Below are positions 25,766-26,468 of a DNA stretch of 26,468 nt, one piece after another (the first letter of the stretch is position 1; the number at the start of each line of letters is the position of its first letter). The notes below the pieces were generated by a model that ran no database searches, was not told the origin of the DNA, and saw nothing but the letters and a program-made list of their open reading frames with translations. A program made the position numbers and the translations under genes. This stretch comes from a virus (lineage: Duplodnaviria; Caudoviricetes), in IMG/VR virus record IMGVR_UViG_3300032277_001725, positions 1 to 26,468 of that record. The stretch is one strand, 5' to 3'.

Positions 25766-26219
25766 ATTGAAAACTAGAGACCTCGATGAGGCTTTGGAAA
25801 ACATTGATTACAAAAAAATTATGGACTCTGTATGCGGCAAATACTCTAAAAGTGTAGATCCAGACGACATATCTTCTCTGAGATTAGAAATACTTTGGAA
25901 ATGTTTGAATTCTTTTGATGAGTCAAGAGGTGTAAAGTTTACAACATTTTTATATCAGCAATTGAACTACGCTATGATGAACCAGTTAAGAATTCGACGA
26001 CGAGAAAAAAACGGAATCCCATTTGACATATGCCAAGTACCGAAAGATAATATTGAAGTTCTATTATCTGACCTAGATGACAACCAAAAAAAGATTCTCA
26101 AACAGCGTTATTTAGATAGAATGACTATGGTTGAAATCGGAGAAAAAAATGGCTATAGTAGAGAAACAGCTCGAAGGGCAGTCAATAGTGCCCTATCTGT
26201 TTTCGAGGATAAAGACTAA
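25749..26219 (+). CDS. Sigma-70-family RNA polymerase sigma factor (regions 2 and 4)
   Basis: LWKCLNSFDESRGVKFTTFLY (region 2); L...QK.IL..RY...MTMVEIG...GYSRETARR (region 4 HTH). Confidence 0.85.
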   Translation: MKRQLKLKTRDLDEALENIDYKKIMDSVCGKYSKSVDPDDISSLRLEILWKCLNSFDESRGVKFTTFLYQQLNYAMMNQLRIRRREKNGIPFDICQVPKDNIEVLLSDLDDNQKKILKQRYLDRMTMVEIGEKNGYSRETARRAVNSALSVFEDKD

Positions 26220-26468
26220 TGAAACTAGAAGTCCTGTGTAACGAAGCTAATTACAGTTCGGTCTTGGAGTGCATATTCAATTCGGCAAATAGTAGAGTTG
26301 ATACAATATGCACCCCATCAGGGCTTTTATCTAGAATAGACGAATCCTTAATTAAAGAGCATTGCACTTTCTCTGCTATTGTAGACTACCCCTACGGTAT
26401 ATCTGATACTGCCGTTAGAATACACGACATAATCTTAGCAAAGAGGCGAGGAGCAAAAAGCATTGACT
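26219..26468 (+). CDS. DeoC-like (deoxyribose-phosphate aldolase-fold) protein, truncated by the window end
   Basis: MKLEVLC...AIVDYPYGISDTAVRIHDIILAKRRGAKSID resembles DeoC V.GFP.G...K..E...A...GA.EID. Confidence 0.6.
   Translation, partial: MKLEVLCNEANYSSVLECIFNSANSRVDTICTPSGLLSRIDESLIKEHCTFSAIVDYPYGISDTAVRIHDIILAKRRGAKSID

Overview
A 26.5-kb, AT-rich segment of a large dsDNA bacteriophage genome. Essentially all credible genes are on the + strand: rIIA/rIIB, SSB, a sigma-70-family factor, two tRNAs, a tmRNA, a holin-like protein, many small phage ORFs and a set of sugar/glycan-modifying enzymes. The tmRNA tag weakly hints at a Planctomycetota host. The main discovery is at the left end. 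ORF 106-1206 has an IS110-type DEDD RuvC-like N-terminus and an IS110/Nop-like C-terminus that appears to lack the recombinase serine loop, an architecture like TIGR-Tas TasR. It is surrounded by copies of an unannotated ~52-nt structured element: outer stem, 10-nt loop, inner hairpin, 10-nt loop, outer stem. Each loop reads T(C)A-NNNNN-T(C/T) with a variable 5-mer. There are five complete copies and one partial copy at the window edge. They are dispersed: one overlaps the gene's 3' end, one sits in a promoter-leader whose paralogue at 11039 lacks it, and one lies between two tRNAs. This looks like a candidate RNA-guided system with unusually short, dispersed dual-guide RNAs. Other points of interest: two tandem orphan structured RNAs (2007-2183), a GT11 gene bounded by direct repeats, a tandem double radical-SAM protein and a membrane-anchored RuvA-domain-III-like protein. 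All family assignments come from motif recognition by eye, not database searches.
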